The notes: generated by a model from the letters alone, not told the origin. Positions 52,580 to 63,119 are shown, counted from the stretch's first letter. The stretch is 64,000 nucleotides of DNA from Burkholderiaceae bacterium (GCA_039808065.1 JBDHSJ010000001.1:417-64416); one strand, 5' to 3'. Numbers and translations are program-made.

Positions 52580-53124
52580 GGGGCGGATTCCTGGGGAGCC
52601 GGAGATTCTAGGAGCGGCCATTGAGAGGCTCGCAGGCGGCGCGCGGCAACGCGCTGGATGCGAGTGCCGTTGACGACGCCGTCTTCGTAGGCCAGCACAT
52701 GGAGCTTGCCCTGGCACGCAGCCAGCAGCTCACCCGGTTGCAGCAGAAAGTCCGGGTTGCGGGGCCGCCCGAACTGCTCCTGGCCGACGGCGAAGGTCTC
52801 GTAGACCAGCCAGCCGCCCTCGGCCACGGCCCCGACGATCAGCGGCAGCAGCGGCCGCCAGAGGTAGTTCGTCACCAGAACCAGATCAAAGCGCTCGCCG
52901 CCCAAGGGCCAGGGGCCGTCCTCCAGGTCGGCGCAGAGCACCCGGGCGGGCTCGGGGATCTGCAGCAGCGCTTGGGCATCGCGGTCGACTGCCGTGAGCT
53001 GCAGTCCCAGCTCGAGCAGCACGCGGCTGTGGCGGCCGCTGCCGCAGGCCAGGTCCAGCGCGCTCAAGCCGGCCCGCCACTGCGGCGCCCAGCGCAGCAC
53101 CCACTCAGAAGCAGCCACGCACAC
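52576..53124 (-). CDS. Class I SAM-dependent methyltransferase (TehB-like)
   Basis: [30 protein letters not shown]. Confidence 0.82.
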   Translation of the reverse strand: MCVAASEWVLRWAPQWRAGLSALDLACGSGRHSRVLLELGLQLTAVDRDAQALLQIPEPARVLCADLEDGPWPLGGERFDLVLVTNYLWRPLLPLIVGAVAEGGWLVYETFAVGQEQFGRPRNPDFLLQPGELLAACQGKLHVLAYEDGVVNGTRIQRVAARRLRASQWPLLESPAPQESAP

Positions 53125-53224
53125 CCTCCGCCAAGGCCTGCATCAAGGCCGGATCGATCCAGGCCAGCAGCACAGCGCCCAACACCAGCAGGGCCAGCAA
53201 GCCAAGCAGCAGCCTGCGCAGCAT
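53105..53224 (-). CDS. 39-aa single-pass membrane microprotein
   Basis: [39 protein letters not shown]; TGATG coupling to the MFS stop; fills the gap exactly. Confidence 0.6.
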   Translation of the reverse strand: MLRRLLLGLLALLVLGAVLLAWIDPALMQALAEGVRGCF

Positions 53225-54426
53225 CAGGCCCTCACCGGCTGGCGCTGCAGCGCCTGCTCGCGCACGGGCAGATTGGCGAGCGCGGCGAACACGCCCAGCG
53301 CCACCGCAATCCACCAGACGATCTGATAGCTGCCCGTCTGCTCATACAGCAAGCCGCCCAGCCACACACCCAGGAAGCTGCCGATCTGGTGACTGAAGAA
53401 CACCAGGCCGCCCAGCATCGAGAGGTGGGCGACGCCAAAGATCTGTGCCACCGTGGCATTGGTGGGCGGGATGGTGGAGAGCCACAGCAGGCCCATCACG
53501 GCCGAAAACACATACACGGTGGCCGGGCTGATGGGCAGGCTGATGAAGGCCACGATGGCGACCGAGCGCGCCGCGTAAATGAAGGACAGGATGTAGCGCT
53601 TCGGGAACCGCTGGCCCAGCGCGCCTGCGGCATAGGTGCCGAATACATTGAACAGCCCGATCAGGGCCAGCGCCCAGGTGGCCACGCCGGCCGAAAGGCC
53701 CTGGTCCTTCAGATAAGCGGGCAGGTGCACGCCGATGAACACGACCTGGAACCCGCAGACGAAGTAGCCTGCCGTCAGCCACAAAAAACTGGGTGTGGCG
53801 ATGGCCTCCTTCAGCGCCGCCAGCGCGCCCTGGCGCGGCCCGCTGGCCTGCAAAGGCGGTTCGCGCAGGCCCAGGGCCAGGGGCAGGATCAGCAGCACGG
53901 CGCCGGCCAGCAGGAACAGGCTGGGTTGCCAGCCGAAGGACTCGATCAGGCGGTGTTCGACGGGCAGCATCAGGAACTGGCCGAAGCTGCCGGCACTGGC
54001 CGTCACGCCCATGGCCCAGCTGCGCTTGGCGGGGTCCAGCTGGCGACCAATGACGCCGTACACCACGGCGTAGGTGGTTCCGGACTGTGCGACGCCGATC
54101 AGCAGCCCTGCCGCCATGGCGAACAGGGCGGGCGTGTTCGCCAGGCCCATGCCGGCCAGGCCGAGGGCATACAGCAAGGCGCCGGCCAGCAAGGGCTTCA
54201 GCGCTCCGACCCGGTCGGCCCACATCCCGATCCACGGGCCGATCGCGCCCCAGACCAGGTTCTGTAGCGCCAGGGCAAGGGCGAAGTCCTCCCGCGTCCA
54301 GCCTCGCTCCAGGGTGATGGGCTGAAGCCACAGGCCGAAGCCATGCCGGCTGCCCATCGACAGGGTGACGATGGCGGCGCCACAGGCCAGGATCTGGGTG
54401 GCGGAAGGGTGCTTGGGGTGCGACAT
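53224..54426 (-). CDS. MFS transporter
   Basis: About 12 hydrophobic segments, GMWADRVG motif A, YFVCGFQ, SHQIGSFLG. Confidence 0.9.
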   Translation of the reverse strand: MSHPKHPSATQILACGAAIVTLSMGSRHGFGLWLQPITLERGWTREDFALALALQNLVWGAIGPWIGMWADRVGALKPLLAGALLYALGLAGMGLANTPALFAMAAGLLIGVAQSGTTYAVVYGVIGRQLDPAKRSWAMGVTASAGSFGQFLMLPVEHRLIESFGWQPSLFLLAGAVLLILPLALGLREPPLQASGPRQGALAALKEAIATPSFLWLTAGYFVCGFQVVFIGVHLPAYLKDQGLSAGVATWALALIGLFNVFGTYAAGALGQRFPKRYILSFIYAARSVAIVAFISLPISPATVYVFSAVMGLLWLSTIPPTNATVAQIFGVAHLSMLGGLVFFSHQIGSFLGVWLGGLLYEQTGSYQIVWWIAVALGVFAALANLPVREQALQRQPVRA

Positions 54427-54435
54427 AGAGGCGCG

Positions 54436-54456
54436 ATTCTGGGCGCTTCCTAGAAT
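54436..54456. promoter_or_regulatory. Divergent -10 elements for the MFS gene (-) and parE (+)
   Basis: TAGAAT at 54451-54456 (+) and CAGAAT at 54441-54436 (-), each followed by a GC-rich discriminator. Confidence 0.45.
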
Positions 54457-54479
54457 CCGCGCCCTTCACTGGGACAGTC

Positions 54480-56435
54480 ATGGCAGTAACCCCTCAATAC
54501 GGCGAAGCCTCGATCCGCGTGCTCAAGGGCCTGGAGCCCGTCAAGCAGCGGCCGGGCATGTACACCCGCACCGACAACCCCTTGCACATCGTGCAAGAGG
54601 TGCTGGACAACGCAGCGGACGAGGCCCTGGCGGGCTTTGGCAAGCGCATTGCGCTCACGCTCCACACCGATGGCTCGGTGACGGTGGAGGACGACGGCCG
54701 CGGCATTCCTTTCGGTCTGCATCCGGAAGAAGGCGTGCCGGTGGTCGAGATCGTCTTCACCCGGCTGCACGCCGGCGGCAAGTTCGACAAGGGCGCTGGC
54801 GGCGCCTACAGCTTCTCGGGCGGCTTGCACGGCGTGGGTGTGTCCGTGACCAATGCGCTGTCCAAGCGCCTGGAAGTGACGGTCCAGCGCGAGGGTCAGA
54901 CCGCCAGCATCGTGTTCTCCCACGGCGACGTGATCCAGCCCGTGACGGTGGCACCGGGTGCGTCGCGCAAGCAGGGCACCAGGGTGCGCGTCTGGCCGGA
55001 AGCCAAGTACTTCGACGCCCCCGAGTTGCCGCGTGGCGAGCTGGTGCACCTGCTGCGCAGCAAGGCTGTGCTGATGCCGGGCGTGACCGTCACGCTGACC
55101 GACGAAAAGAAGGGCGAGACGCAAACCTGGCTCTACAAGGGCGGCCTGCGCGAGTACCTGCAGGGCAGCCTGAATGCCGAACCCATCGTCGAGCTGTTCG
55201 AGGGCGCCCATTACGCCAAGGCCAGCGACACCGAGAACTTCGCCGAAGGCGAGGGCGCGGCCTGGTGCGTGGCCTTCACCGAAGAGGCCGCCAGCCAGCG
55301 CGAGAGCTATGTCAACCTGATTCCCACCGTGGCTGGTGGCACGCATGAAGCCGGGCTGAAGGACGGCCTGTTCCAGGCGGTTAAGACCTTCATCGAACTG
55401 CATTCGCTGCTGCCCAAGGGCGTCAAGTTGATGCCCGAGGATCTGTTTGGCCGCGCCAGTTTCGTGCTGAGTGCCAAGGTGCTGGACCCGCAATTCCAGG
55501 GCCAGACCAAGGAGCGCCTGAACAGCCGCGACGCCCTGCGCCTGGTGGCCGGCTATGTGCGCCCGGCCTTTGAGCTGTGGCTGAACCAGCATGTCGAGCA
55601 AGGCAAGAAGCTCGCCGAGCTCGTTATCAAGCAGGCTCAGAGCCGCCAGCGCGCGGCGCAGAAGGTCGAGAAGAAGAAGGGCAGCGGCGTGGCCGTGCTG
55701 CCCGGCAAGCTCACCGATTGCGAGAGCCGTGACCTGAACGTCAACGAGCTCTTCCTGGTGGAGGGCGATTCGGCCGGCGGCAGCGCCAAGATGGGCCGCA
55801 ACAAGGAAACTCAGGCCATCCTGCCCCTGCGCGGCAAGGTGCTGAACACCTGGGAGGTTGAGCGCGACCTGTTGTTCAAGAACACCGAGGTGCATGACAT
55901 CGCGGTGGCCATCGGCGTCGACCCGCACGCGCCTGACAGCAACCCCGACCTCAGCGGTCTGCGCTACGGCAAGGTCTGCATCCTCTCAGACGCCGACGTC
56001 GACGGTGCCCACATCCAGGTGCTGCTACTGACCCTCTTCCAAAAGCATTTTCCGGCGCTGGTGCAGGCGGGCAACGTTTACGTCGCCCGCCCGCCGCTGT
56101 TCCGCGTCGACGCCCCGGCACGTGGCAAGAAGCCGCCGGTGAAGATGTACGCGCTCGACGAAGGCGAACTCACCGCCATCCTCGACAAGCTGCGCAAGGA
56201 AGGTGCGCGCGAAGGCAGCTGGACCATCAGCCGCTTCAAGGGCCTGGGCGAGATGAATGCCGAGCAGCTCTGGGACACCACGCTGAACCCGGATACCCGA
56301 CGTCTGCTGCGCGTCTGCGCCCCGGACGCTGAAGCGGCGGCCCAGGTGCTGACGCAACTGATGGGCCGCAATGAGGCCGCAGCGCGGCGCGAGTTGATGG
56401 AGCGGCATGGGGACGCGATCGAGGTGGACATCTGA
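54480..56435 (+). CDS. parE: DNA topoisomerase IV subunit B
   Basis: GLEPVKQRPGMY, EVLDNAADE, HAGGKF, SGGLHGVG, VEGDSAGGS, PLRGKVLN, DADVDG, RFKGLGEM; 651 aa. Confidence 0.95.
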   Translation: MAVTPQYGEASIRVLKGLEPVKQRPGMYTRTDNPLHIVQEVLDNAADEALAGFGKRIALTLHTDGSVTVEDDGRGIPFGLHPEEGVPVVEIVFTRLHAGGKFDKGAGGAYSFSGGLHGVGVSVTNALSKRLEVTVQREGQTASIVFSHGDVIQPVTVAPGASRKQGTRVRVWPEAKYFDAPELPRGELVHLLRSKAVLMPGVTVTLTDEKKGETQTWLYKGGLREYLQGSLNAEPIVELFEGAHYAKASDTENFAEGEGAAWCVAFTEEAASQRESYVNLIPTVAGGTHEAGLKDGLFQAVKTFIELHSLLPKGVKLMPEDLFGRASFVLSAKVLDPQFQGQTKERLNSRDALRLVAGYVRPAFELWLNQHVEQGKKLAELVIKQAQSRQRAAQKVEKKKGSGVAVLPGKLTDCESRDLNVNELFLVEGDSAGGSAKMGRNKETQAILPLRGKVLNTWEVERDLLFKNTEVHDIAVAIGVDPHAPDSNPDLSGLRYGKVCILSDADVDGAHIQVLLLTLFQKHFPALVQAGNVYVARPPLFRVDAPARGKKPPVKMYALDEGELTAILDKLRKEGAREGSWTISRFKGLGEMNAEQLWDTTLNPDTRRLLRVCAPDAEAAAQVLTQLMGRNEAAARRELMERHGDAIEVDI

Positions 56436-56481
56436 GTTCAATCGCGCGTCGGACCTGCCTGCCGTTCTGCTGCAGAACCCA

Positions 56482-57486
56482 ATGAGTGATCTGATGGAGG
56501 AAAACCAAGGCAAGGTTGAATTGCAGTCCAGACTGGCCGGCTTGCGCTTGGTTTCGAAGGGGATGTGGGTTGCCGCCACCGCCATGGCTTTGCTCGCGTT
56601 GGCTGCAGTTCTGATGGACTTCAGCGAGGTCTGGTTGCTGCCCAGCCTCGTCGTGGCGTTAGTGGCTTTCGGGCTGGATCGGCGCGCGGCGATGTGGGCT
56701 CGTGAACTTGGACGCGCGACTGAGGATGGTCATGCGACTCCGTTCGTCCTTCCATCGAAGTGGCCGTTGCGACTCATCCCCCTGGGGCTGACTTCGCTCA
56801 TCTTCAGCGAGTATCAGCAACCCCTCATTGGATATCTTGGACTGTTCTGGCGGGATGGGTTTGATGGGGGTTTAGGTGCCAACGCGGTCAAGGTCCTGCT
56901 TACTGCGGTCTGGCTCCTCCTTGTGCTCGGCGTTTGGCACTACTGCGTCCACTTGGCGCGTTTGCTGGGAGATGGGTTTCTGCTGCGGCTGGATCGCTTT
57001 GGCATCCAAGGTGGTGGCCGGCTGTTTGTCCCATGGCGAGAAGTCGAGGGCGTGGATGTATTTGAAGGCGAGAAGGGGCAAATCCTTCTGAGGCTGAACG
57101 TGCCCAGCTACCGGCCGACGGGACGCGACAAGCTTTTGGCCCTGATCAATGGCCCGTTCTTCTTGCTGCTTGATCGAGCTGGTGTCATCAACATTGAATG
57201 CTCCGGCGGAGGGCTGAGCGCGGCGGAGTTGCAGGTGGAAGTTCAAAGGTGGGTGGGTGGAGGCAGGGGCGGGCACCAACCCCTGGAAGGCGCAAACGAG
57301 CTTCCGGTCGAGGACGGCATCGATCGCGGAGCACTGGAGTTGGCCGAGGTGGCCCTGCACGAGGCGAACCGCCGCTTGATTGCCGCAGCCGCTCAGCCGA
57401 AGTCCTTTGCGTACAGGGAGGCGATCATGGACGTGGACAAAGCCCGCGCTGCGCGCGATTCGATCAAGAGCGGAGCAAGGCGGTGA
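56482..57486 (+). CDS. Hypothetical membrane protein (about 4 TM plus a possible bacterial PH-like domain), atypical composition
   Basis: Hydrophobic N-terminal half; LRLDRFGI...FVPWREVEGV strand pattern; stop overlaps the GNAT start (GTGA). Confidence 0.6.
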   Translation: MSDLMEENQGKVELQSRLAGLRLVSKGMWVAATAMALLALAAVLMDFSEVWLLPSLVVALVAFGLDRRAAMWARELGRATEDGHATPFVLPSKWPLRLIPLGLTSLIFSEYQQPLIGYLGLFWRDGFDGGLGANAVKVLLTAVWLLLVLGVWHYCVHLARLLGDGFLLRLDRFGIQGGGRLFVPWREVEGVDVFEGEKGQILLRLNVPSYRPTGRDKLLALINGPFFLLLDRAGVINIECSGGGLSAAELQVEVQRWVGGGRGGHQPLEGANELPVEDGIDRGALELAEVALHEANRRLIAAAAQPKSFAYREAIMDVDKARAARDSIKSGARR

Positions 57487-58025
57487 GCATTACCCAAGTT
57501 CCAGGTGTTTCCCAACCACGCCTGCGCCCCACCATGCTGAGCGATCTCGACTGGGTCGTCGGCGTGGAGCAGGATGGCGCCAATCGCCCCTTCATCACTC
57601 CCTGGGACCGCACCCAGCACGAGGGTGCGATCCGCTTTCCTGACAGCCGTCACTTCATCGTCGAGAGCCCGGACCAACAACGTCTGGGCTTCGTCATCCT
57701 GCAGGGTTGCCGGAATCCGCATGGCTCGATCGAGCTCAAGCGCATCGTGCTGCAGACCAAGGGCCAGGGCCTGGGGCGTGCCTGTGTGCGCTTGCTGAAG
57801 GCGATGGCCTTTTCACAGCTGAAGGCGCACCGCTTCTGGCTGGACGTGAAGGCGCTGAACGAGCGCGCGCACCAGCTCTATCTCAGCGAAGGCTTCGTGG
57901 AGGAGGGGCGGTTGCGCGAGTCGGTACGTGTCACCTTGGACGGCGCCGATGGCTATGACAGCTTGGTCGTGATGTCCCTGCTGGATCGCGAATACCAGGC
58001 CCGGGTGGCGATGGGCCTGGAATAG
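57483..58025 (+). CDS. GNAT-family N-acetyltransferase (RimJ/SpeG-like)
   Basis: KGQGLG motif A, FWLDV..NERAHQLYLSEGFVEEGRLRE. Confidence 0.85.
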   Translation: MSITQVPGVSQPRLRPTMLSDLDWVVGVEQDGANRPFITPWDRTQHEGAIRFPDSRHFIVESPDQQRLGFVILQGCRNPHGSIELKRIVLQTKGQGLGRACVRLLKAMAFSQLKAHRFWLDVKALNERAHQLYLSEGFVEEGRLRESVRVTLDGADGYDSLVVMSLLDREYQARVAMGLE

Positions 58026-58027
58026 GG

Positions 58028-60337
58028 TCAGCGTCGCGGCGCCGTGCTGTGCCAGCCCGGCGGGGCAGGCGGCAGGGGTTTGTCGGGGCCGCTATGGCGC
58101 ATGCGCATGACGCGTTGCTCCGCTTGCACTTGCTGCCATTGCTCCAGGGTGGGGAGGGCCGCCTGGGCTTTGACACGCGGTGTCGCAGCGGGTTGCTCCA
58201 GATTGGCCGTCCAACTCTCACCGGCACGCATGGGGATGGGCGCGGGCAGCAGGTCGACTTCGTTCTCGCCCGCCCAGGGCGCCAGTTCGGCCACCACGGC
58301 ACGGGCACGTGGGCGGATGGCGGGTTCGCCGATGCGGCCGCGCTGGCCCCAGCGCACCACGATGTTCGAGCCGGTGGTGCCCGTCGGGAAATCGTCGGAG
58401 ATGGCGAAATCGCGTCGGATGCCCTGGCGGCGCTGCATCAGGAACTCCTCCAGCGTCATCGCGGTGTCCTCGCGCGAAGTGGAGTAGGCGTAGTCGTCCG
58501 TGGCCAGGTCGGGGGCGAAGAAGCCGGCGATGTCGGCGGGTGTGTAGGCCTTTTGCTGGGCGGTGGCCGTCTTGCCGCGGAACAGCACGTCGCCCAGGGC
58601 CAGCATGGGCTGGGAGCTCAGCGGGTACTGCGCCTGCACCCGGTCCGAGGTCAGCTGGTAGTTCGCAAAGCGCGGGTAGATGCTTTCCCAGGCACTGCGG
58701 TAGTTCTGCAGGCTGGCGTAGGCAGACGGGGGCATGAAATCCAGCGCATGGGTCAGCTCGTGGAACATCAGCCAGGTGGCCTCGTTGCGCACGTCGTCCA
58801 GCGGGCGGGTGATGCGCGCGGCAGGGTCGTAGTACTTGAACAGGCGCTGGTTGTCCTTGGTGTAGCGCCACAGCGTGTCGAACTGCAGGGCGTTGCCGAA
58901 CTCGCTGCGGTAGTCGGGCGCCTCGTTCATGGTGTCGCGCTCTTCGGGCGTCAGCCAGAAGGACTCGCCGTCGAGGTAGATCGCCCCGGTGCCGGCGTAG
59001 TAGAACGAGGGCCGGATGTGGGTGGAGAGCACGATGGCGGTGACGCTGCCGAGCATGCGACGCATGTCTCCATTCGCGTCGTGCTCGCGCAGGAAGGCCT
59101 CGAAATTGCGGCCCAGCCAGTCGTGCGAGACCAGCACCCGGTCCATCACCTCGTCCACCGTCGGGGTGGCGCCGCCCTTTTGCTGGGCAATGAAAGGCAG
59201 GGTTCCGAGCACGCAGACGTTGTAGCGCGGCCCTGAGTGGTAGATGCCGGGGTCGTACACGCAGTTGCGCAGCACGCTCGCATAGGGGCCGTTGGGCTTG
59301 TACGGGTACGTGCGGGAGATCTGGTCGCCTGCCCACATGGCATTGCTGTCGCTGGCGGGGGCTTGCTGCTTGTATTCCACCAGCACCATGGCCTCGTCGC
59401 TGTCCACCTTGCCCTGCGTGGTGTAGAGCGTGGCGCGCAGGCGGATCAGGGTGTCGCGCGACACGGTGGGTGCGGTGAACAGGGCCTGGCGCGGGTTGCG
59501 CGTGTCCAAGGTGACCGCCGGGCCTTCCAACTGGGTCCAGACGATGGTCTTGAGGCTGTCGCCCTCGGGCAGGCTGGGCCAGGCGCGCAGCGAGACCTTG
59601 CCGCCCATGCGCACCGAGTGGCTGGCCCGTACGGTCAGGCGTGCGGTCTCGCTACTGGGGGCGGCTGCCACCTGCAGGGTTTGCGCTTCCTTGCGCTCGA
59701 CGCCGAACGCATCCTTGTAGGTCACTTCGAAGCCGTAACTGCCGGGCTCCGGCGGGTCGAAGCTGATGGTTTGAGTCTTGTCGGCGGGGAGCGGCACGCT
59801 GGCACCGCCCGTTTGACGCCATTGCACCGAGGCGATGGCGCTGCTGCAGCCGGCCACCGTCACCCCGGCGTTCTTGCCCACCTGGGGGGCAAAGCTGGCG
59901 AAGCGCTCGAACCCGGCCCCGGAATCACACAGCCGCGAGGCCGTGCGGGGCAGGGGCGTGATGAATTGAGACAGGGCCCCGACCGGCTTGACCTCGTTGC
60001 CAAAGAAGCCGCCGAGCACGTAAACCTGGCCCTCGCGCACGCCCAGGTAGATGCCAGTGCTCTCGTAGTAGCGGTACAGATAGCCCAGCGCGCTGGCGGT
60101 CGCTGGCGTGCCGGGGAAGTACTCGGGGTAGTAGACCTGCGCGAACTCGAACAGCTGACGCGCGGCCTCCTCGGGTTCCACCGCTGCGCTGTCAGTCGGC
60201 GTGGCAGCCAGGGCGCGCGCGCGCAGGGCTGTTGCAGCCAACTCCACGGCTGAGGGTTCCGGAGCCGATTGCCCCCCGCCGCAACCCGTCAAGAGCAGGC
60301 CGCTGCCCAGAATGGCGCCGCACAACCAGCGCTGCAT
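58028..60337 (-). CDS. Large lipoprotein with PKD/Ig-like repeats and an HExxH zincin-like domain
   Basis: Lipobox LTGC-GGG; VQWRQTGG and IVWTQLEGP..FTAP repeats; MFHELTHALD. Confidence 0.7.
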   Translation of the reverse strand: MQRWLCGAILGSGLLLTGCGGGQSAPEPSAVELAATALRARALAATPTDSAAVEPEEAARQLFEFAQVYYPEYFPGTPATASALGYLYRYYESTGIYLGVREGQVYVLGGFFGNEVKPVGALSQFITPLPRTASRLCDSGAGFERFASFAPQVGKNAGVTVAGCSSAIASVQWRQTGGASVPLPADKTQTISFDPPEPGSYGFEVTYKDAFGVERKEAQTLQVAAAPSSETARLTVRASHSVRMGGKVSLRAWPSLPEGDSLKTIVWTQLEGPAVTLDTRNPRQALFTAPTVSRDTLIRLRATLYTTQGKVDSDEAMVLVEYKQQAPASDSNAMWAGDQISRTYPYKPNGPYASVLRNCVYDPGIYHSGPRYNVCVLGTLPFIAQQKGGATPTVDEVMDRVLVSHDWLGRNFEAFLREHDANGDMRRMLGSVTAIVLSTHIRPSFYYAGTGAIYLDGESFWLTPEERDTMNEAPDYRSEFGNALQFDTLWRYTKDNQRLFKYYDPAARITRPLDDVRNEATWLMFHELTHALDFMPPSAYASLQNYRSAWESIYPRFANYQLTSDRVQAQYPLSSQPMLALGDVLFRGKTATAQQKAYTPADIAGFFAPDLATDDYAYSTSREDTAMTLEEFLMQRRQGIRRDFAISDDFPTGTTGSNIVVRWGQRGRIGEPAIRPRARAVVAELAPWAGENEVDLLPAPIPMRAGESWTANLEQPAATPRVKAQAALPTLEQWQQVQAEQRVMRMRHSGPDKPLPPAPPGWHSTAPRR

Positions 60338-60491
60338 TGCGATTGCCACCTTGTGTTCCCGTTCTGTCTTCGGCATAGGGCCATGAGGGTAGCAGCCAGT
60401 CCGTCCCCCCTGGCGCGCCGGCCCCGGGGCGGGCGTGCGCTTTGCCGCAGCGTGCATTGGAGACAATGCGCGCCCTCCCGAGGTGACCCCG

Positions 60492-62849
60492 ATGCCCGAG
60501 CAGTTGAGTTTGATGGATGAAGTGCCCCCGCCCCAAACCCCCCAAGGTGGCGGGGGCGGCGAAGACGGCGATGCCCTGAACCTGGGCGAATACGCCCAGC
60601 GCGCCTACCTGGAGTACGCACTCTCGGTCGTCAAGGGCCGGGCGCTGCCGGTCGTCAGCGACGGCCAGAAGCCTGTGCAGCGGCGCATCCTCTACGCCAT
60701 GTTCCGCATGGGCCTGGCCTGGAGCGGTGCGAATGGTGCCAAACCGGTGAAGAGTGCCCGCGTGGTGGGTGATGTGCTGGGCCGCTTCCACCCGCACGGC
60801 GACCAGGCCGCCTATGACGCCCTGGTGCGCATGGCGCAGGACTTCGCCCAGCGCTACCCGCTGGTCGATGGCCAGGGCAACTTCGGCAGCCGCGACGGCG
60901 ATGGCGCGGCGGCGATGCGGTACACCGAAGCCCGCCTGACCCCACTGGCGCGCCTGCTGCTGGAAGAAATCGACGAAGGCACGGTCGACTTCACGCCGAA
61001 CTACGACGGCTCCACCGAAGAGCCGCAGGCCCTGCCGGCGCGCCTGCCCTTTGTGCTGCTGAATGGTGCGAGTGGCATTGCCGTGGGCATGGCCACCGAG
61101 GTACCCAGCCACAACCTGCGCGAAGTGGCCGAGGCGGCCGTGAAGCTGCTGCGCGACCCCAAATTGGCTGACGACGAGCTGTACGCCGCCATTCCCGGGC
61201 CTGATTTCCCCGGTGGCGCGCAGATCATCTCCAGCCCGGACGACATCCGCGCCGCATACGCCAGTGGGCGCGGCTCGCTGAAGCTGCGCGCGCGCTGGAA
61301 GGTCGAGGACCTGGCGCGCGGCCAGTGGCAGCTGGTCATCACCGAGCTGCCGCATGGGGTGTCCAGCCAGAAAGTGCTGGAAGAGATCGAGGAGATCTCC
61401 AACCCCAAGGTCAAGACCGGCAAGAAGGCCGTCACGCCCGAGCAGCTGCAGCTCAAGAACACCTTGCTGGCCGTGCTGGACGGGGTACGTGACGAGAGCA
61501 GCAAGGATGCACCGGTGCGCCTGGTGTTCGAGCCCAAGAGCCGCAGCGTGGCCGTGGACGAACTGACTCAGGTGCTGCTGGCGCATACCAGCCTGGAAAC
61601 CAGCTCGCCCATCAATCTGACCATGGTGGGCCTGGACGGCAAGCCGGTGCAGAAGACCCTGCGCGAGCTGTTGATCGAGTGGCTGCAGTTCCGCCAGACC
61701 ACGATCGAACGGCGCAGCCAGCACCGCCTGCAAAAGGCCGAAGACCGTATCCACATCCTCGAAGGTCGGCAGATCGTGCTGCTGAACATCGACGAGGTGA
61801 TTGCCATCATCCGCGCCAGCGACGAGCCCAAGGCCGCGCTGATCGAACGCTTCAAGCTCAGTGACCGCCAGGCCGAGGACATTCTTGAGATCCGCCTGCG
61901 CCAGCTGGCGCGCCTGGAGGCGATCAAGATCGAGCAGGAGCTGAAGAACCTGCGCGAGGAAGCCGACAAGCTGCGCGACATCCTGGGCAACCCGGCCTCG
62001 CTCAAGCGTCTGATGGTCAAGGAGATCGAGGCCGACGCCAAAGCTTTCGGCGACGAACGCCGCACCCTGATCCAGGCCGAGAAGCGCGCCGTGGCCGAGC
62101 TCAAGGTGGTGGACGAGCCCGTCACCGTGGTCATCAGCCAGAAGGGCTGGGCACGCGCGCTCAAGGGCCATGAAGTGGACATCAACGGCCTGGGCTTCAA
62201 GGCCGGCGACGCGCTCTACGGCGCCTTCCGCTGCCGCTCGGTCGATACCTTGATCGCGCTGGGCTCCAGCGGGCGCAGCTACTCGGTGGCCGTCTCGGCC
62301 CTGCCGGGCGGCCGTGGTGACGGCGCGCCGGTGACCAGCCTGATCGAGTTGGAGGCCGGCACCCAGCTGCTGCACTTCATCGCCGGCCCGGCCGGGCAAT
62401 CGGTGGTGCTGGCCGGCAGCGGCGGCTATGGCCTGGTGGCCACGATCGGCGACCTGACGGCTTCCAAGCGTGTCGGCAAGGCCTTCCTGACGCTGGAAAA
62501 GGACGAGCTGCCGCTGCGCCCCTGCATGGTCAGCCCCGTGCAGCCACAACTGGCCTGCCTGGCCAGCGATGGCCATCTGCTCACCTATGCCGTCACCGAG
62601 CTCAAGCTGCAGCCCAAGGGCGGCCGCGGCCTGATGCTGATGGAGCTGGCGCCCAAGGAAACGCTGCAGGCGGTGTGCTGCTTCGCCAGCGGCCTGCTGC
62701 TCAGTGGCGTGGCGCGCGGCAACAAGCCCAAGGAAGAGCTGCTGCGCCTCTCGGGTCTGGCGGCCCACGCCGGCAAGCGGGCGCGCAAGGGCAAGCCGGT
62801 CGAAGGCTTCAAACAGGTCACCGGCATGGTGGCGGGGGTCAAGGAATGA
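60492..62849 (+). CDS. parC: DNA topoisomerase IV subunit A
   Basis: [35 protein letters not shown] (catalytic Tyr), GIAVGMAT; GAGGTG SD. Confidence 0.95.
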   Translation: MPEQLSLMDEVPPPQTPQGGGGGEDGDALNLGEYAQRAYLEYALSVVKGRALPVVSDGQKPVQRRILYAMFRMGLAWSGANGAKPVKSARVVGDVLGRFHPHGDQAAYDALVRMAQDFAQRYPLVDGQGNFGSRDGDGAAAMRYTEARLTPLARLLLEEIDEGTVDFTPNYDGSTEEPQALPARLPFVLLNGASGIAVGMATEVPSHNLREVAEAAVKLLRDPKLADDELYAAIPGPDFPGGAQIISSPDDIRAAYASGRGSLKLRARWKVEDLARGQWQLVITELPHGVSSQKVLEEIEEISNPKVKTGKKAVTPEQLQLKNTLLAVLDGVRDESSKDAPVRLVFEPKSRSVAVDELTQVLLAHTSLETSSPINLTMVGLDGKPVQKTLRELLIEWLQFRQTTIERRSQHRLQKAEDRIHILEGRQIVLLNIDEVIAIIRASDEPKAALIERFKLSDRQAEDILEIRLRQLARLEAIKIEQELKNLREEADKLRDILGNPASLKRLMVKEIEADAKAFGDERRTLIQAEKRAVAELKVVDEPVTVVISQKGWARALKGHEVDINGLGFKAGDALYGAFRCRSVDTLIALGSSGRSYSVAVSALPGGRGDGAPVTSLIELEAGTQLLHFIAGPAGQSVVLAGSGGYGLVATIGDLTASKRVGKAFLTLEKDELPLRPCMVSPVQPQLACLASDGHLLTYAVTELKLQPKGGRGLMLMELAPKETLQAVCCFASGLLLSGVARGNKPKEELLRLSGLAAHAGKRARKGKPVEGFKQVTGMVAGVKE

Positions 62850-63118
62850 AGGCGATCTGGAACGGCGTGGTGTTGGCTGAGAGTGCCGACACCCTGGTGA
62901 TGGACGGCAACCACTACTTCCCCGCCGCCAGCCTGAAGCGGGAGTTCACCACCTTCAGCAACCACCGCTCGCGCGGCGTATATGGCGACGAGCAGTGGCT
63001 CAGCCTGTTCGTCAACGGCGACCTGCTGCCGGATGCGATCTGGTTCCACCCCGATCCCAGCCTGGACGCGCTGAAGGACCGTGTGGCCTTCGTGCGCGGG
63101 GTGCAGATCAGCGAGTGA
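62846..63118 (+). CDS. DUF427-family protein (divergent)
   Basis: [20 protein letters not shown]...AIWF..P...RVAF; ATGA overlap with parC. Confidence 0.78.
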   Translation: MKAIWNGVVLAESADTLVMDGNHYFPAASLKREFTTFSNHRSRGVYGDEQWLSLFVNGDLLPDAIWFHPDPSLDALKDRVAFVRGVQISE

Positions 63119-63119
63119 C

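Noticed and set aside
60787-60830. ParC QRDR reads [11 protein letters not shown] (Gln and Asp at the E. coli Ser80 and Glu84 positions)
   Set aside because: As far as I recall this is the native Burkholderiales sequence, so it is not evidence of acquired quinolone resistance.
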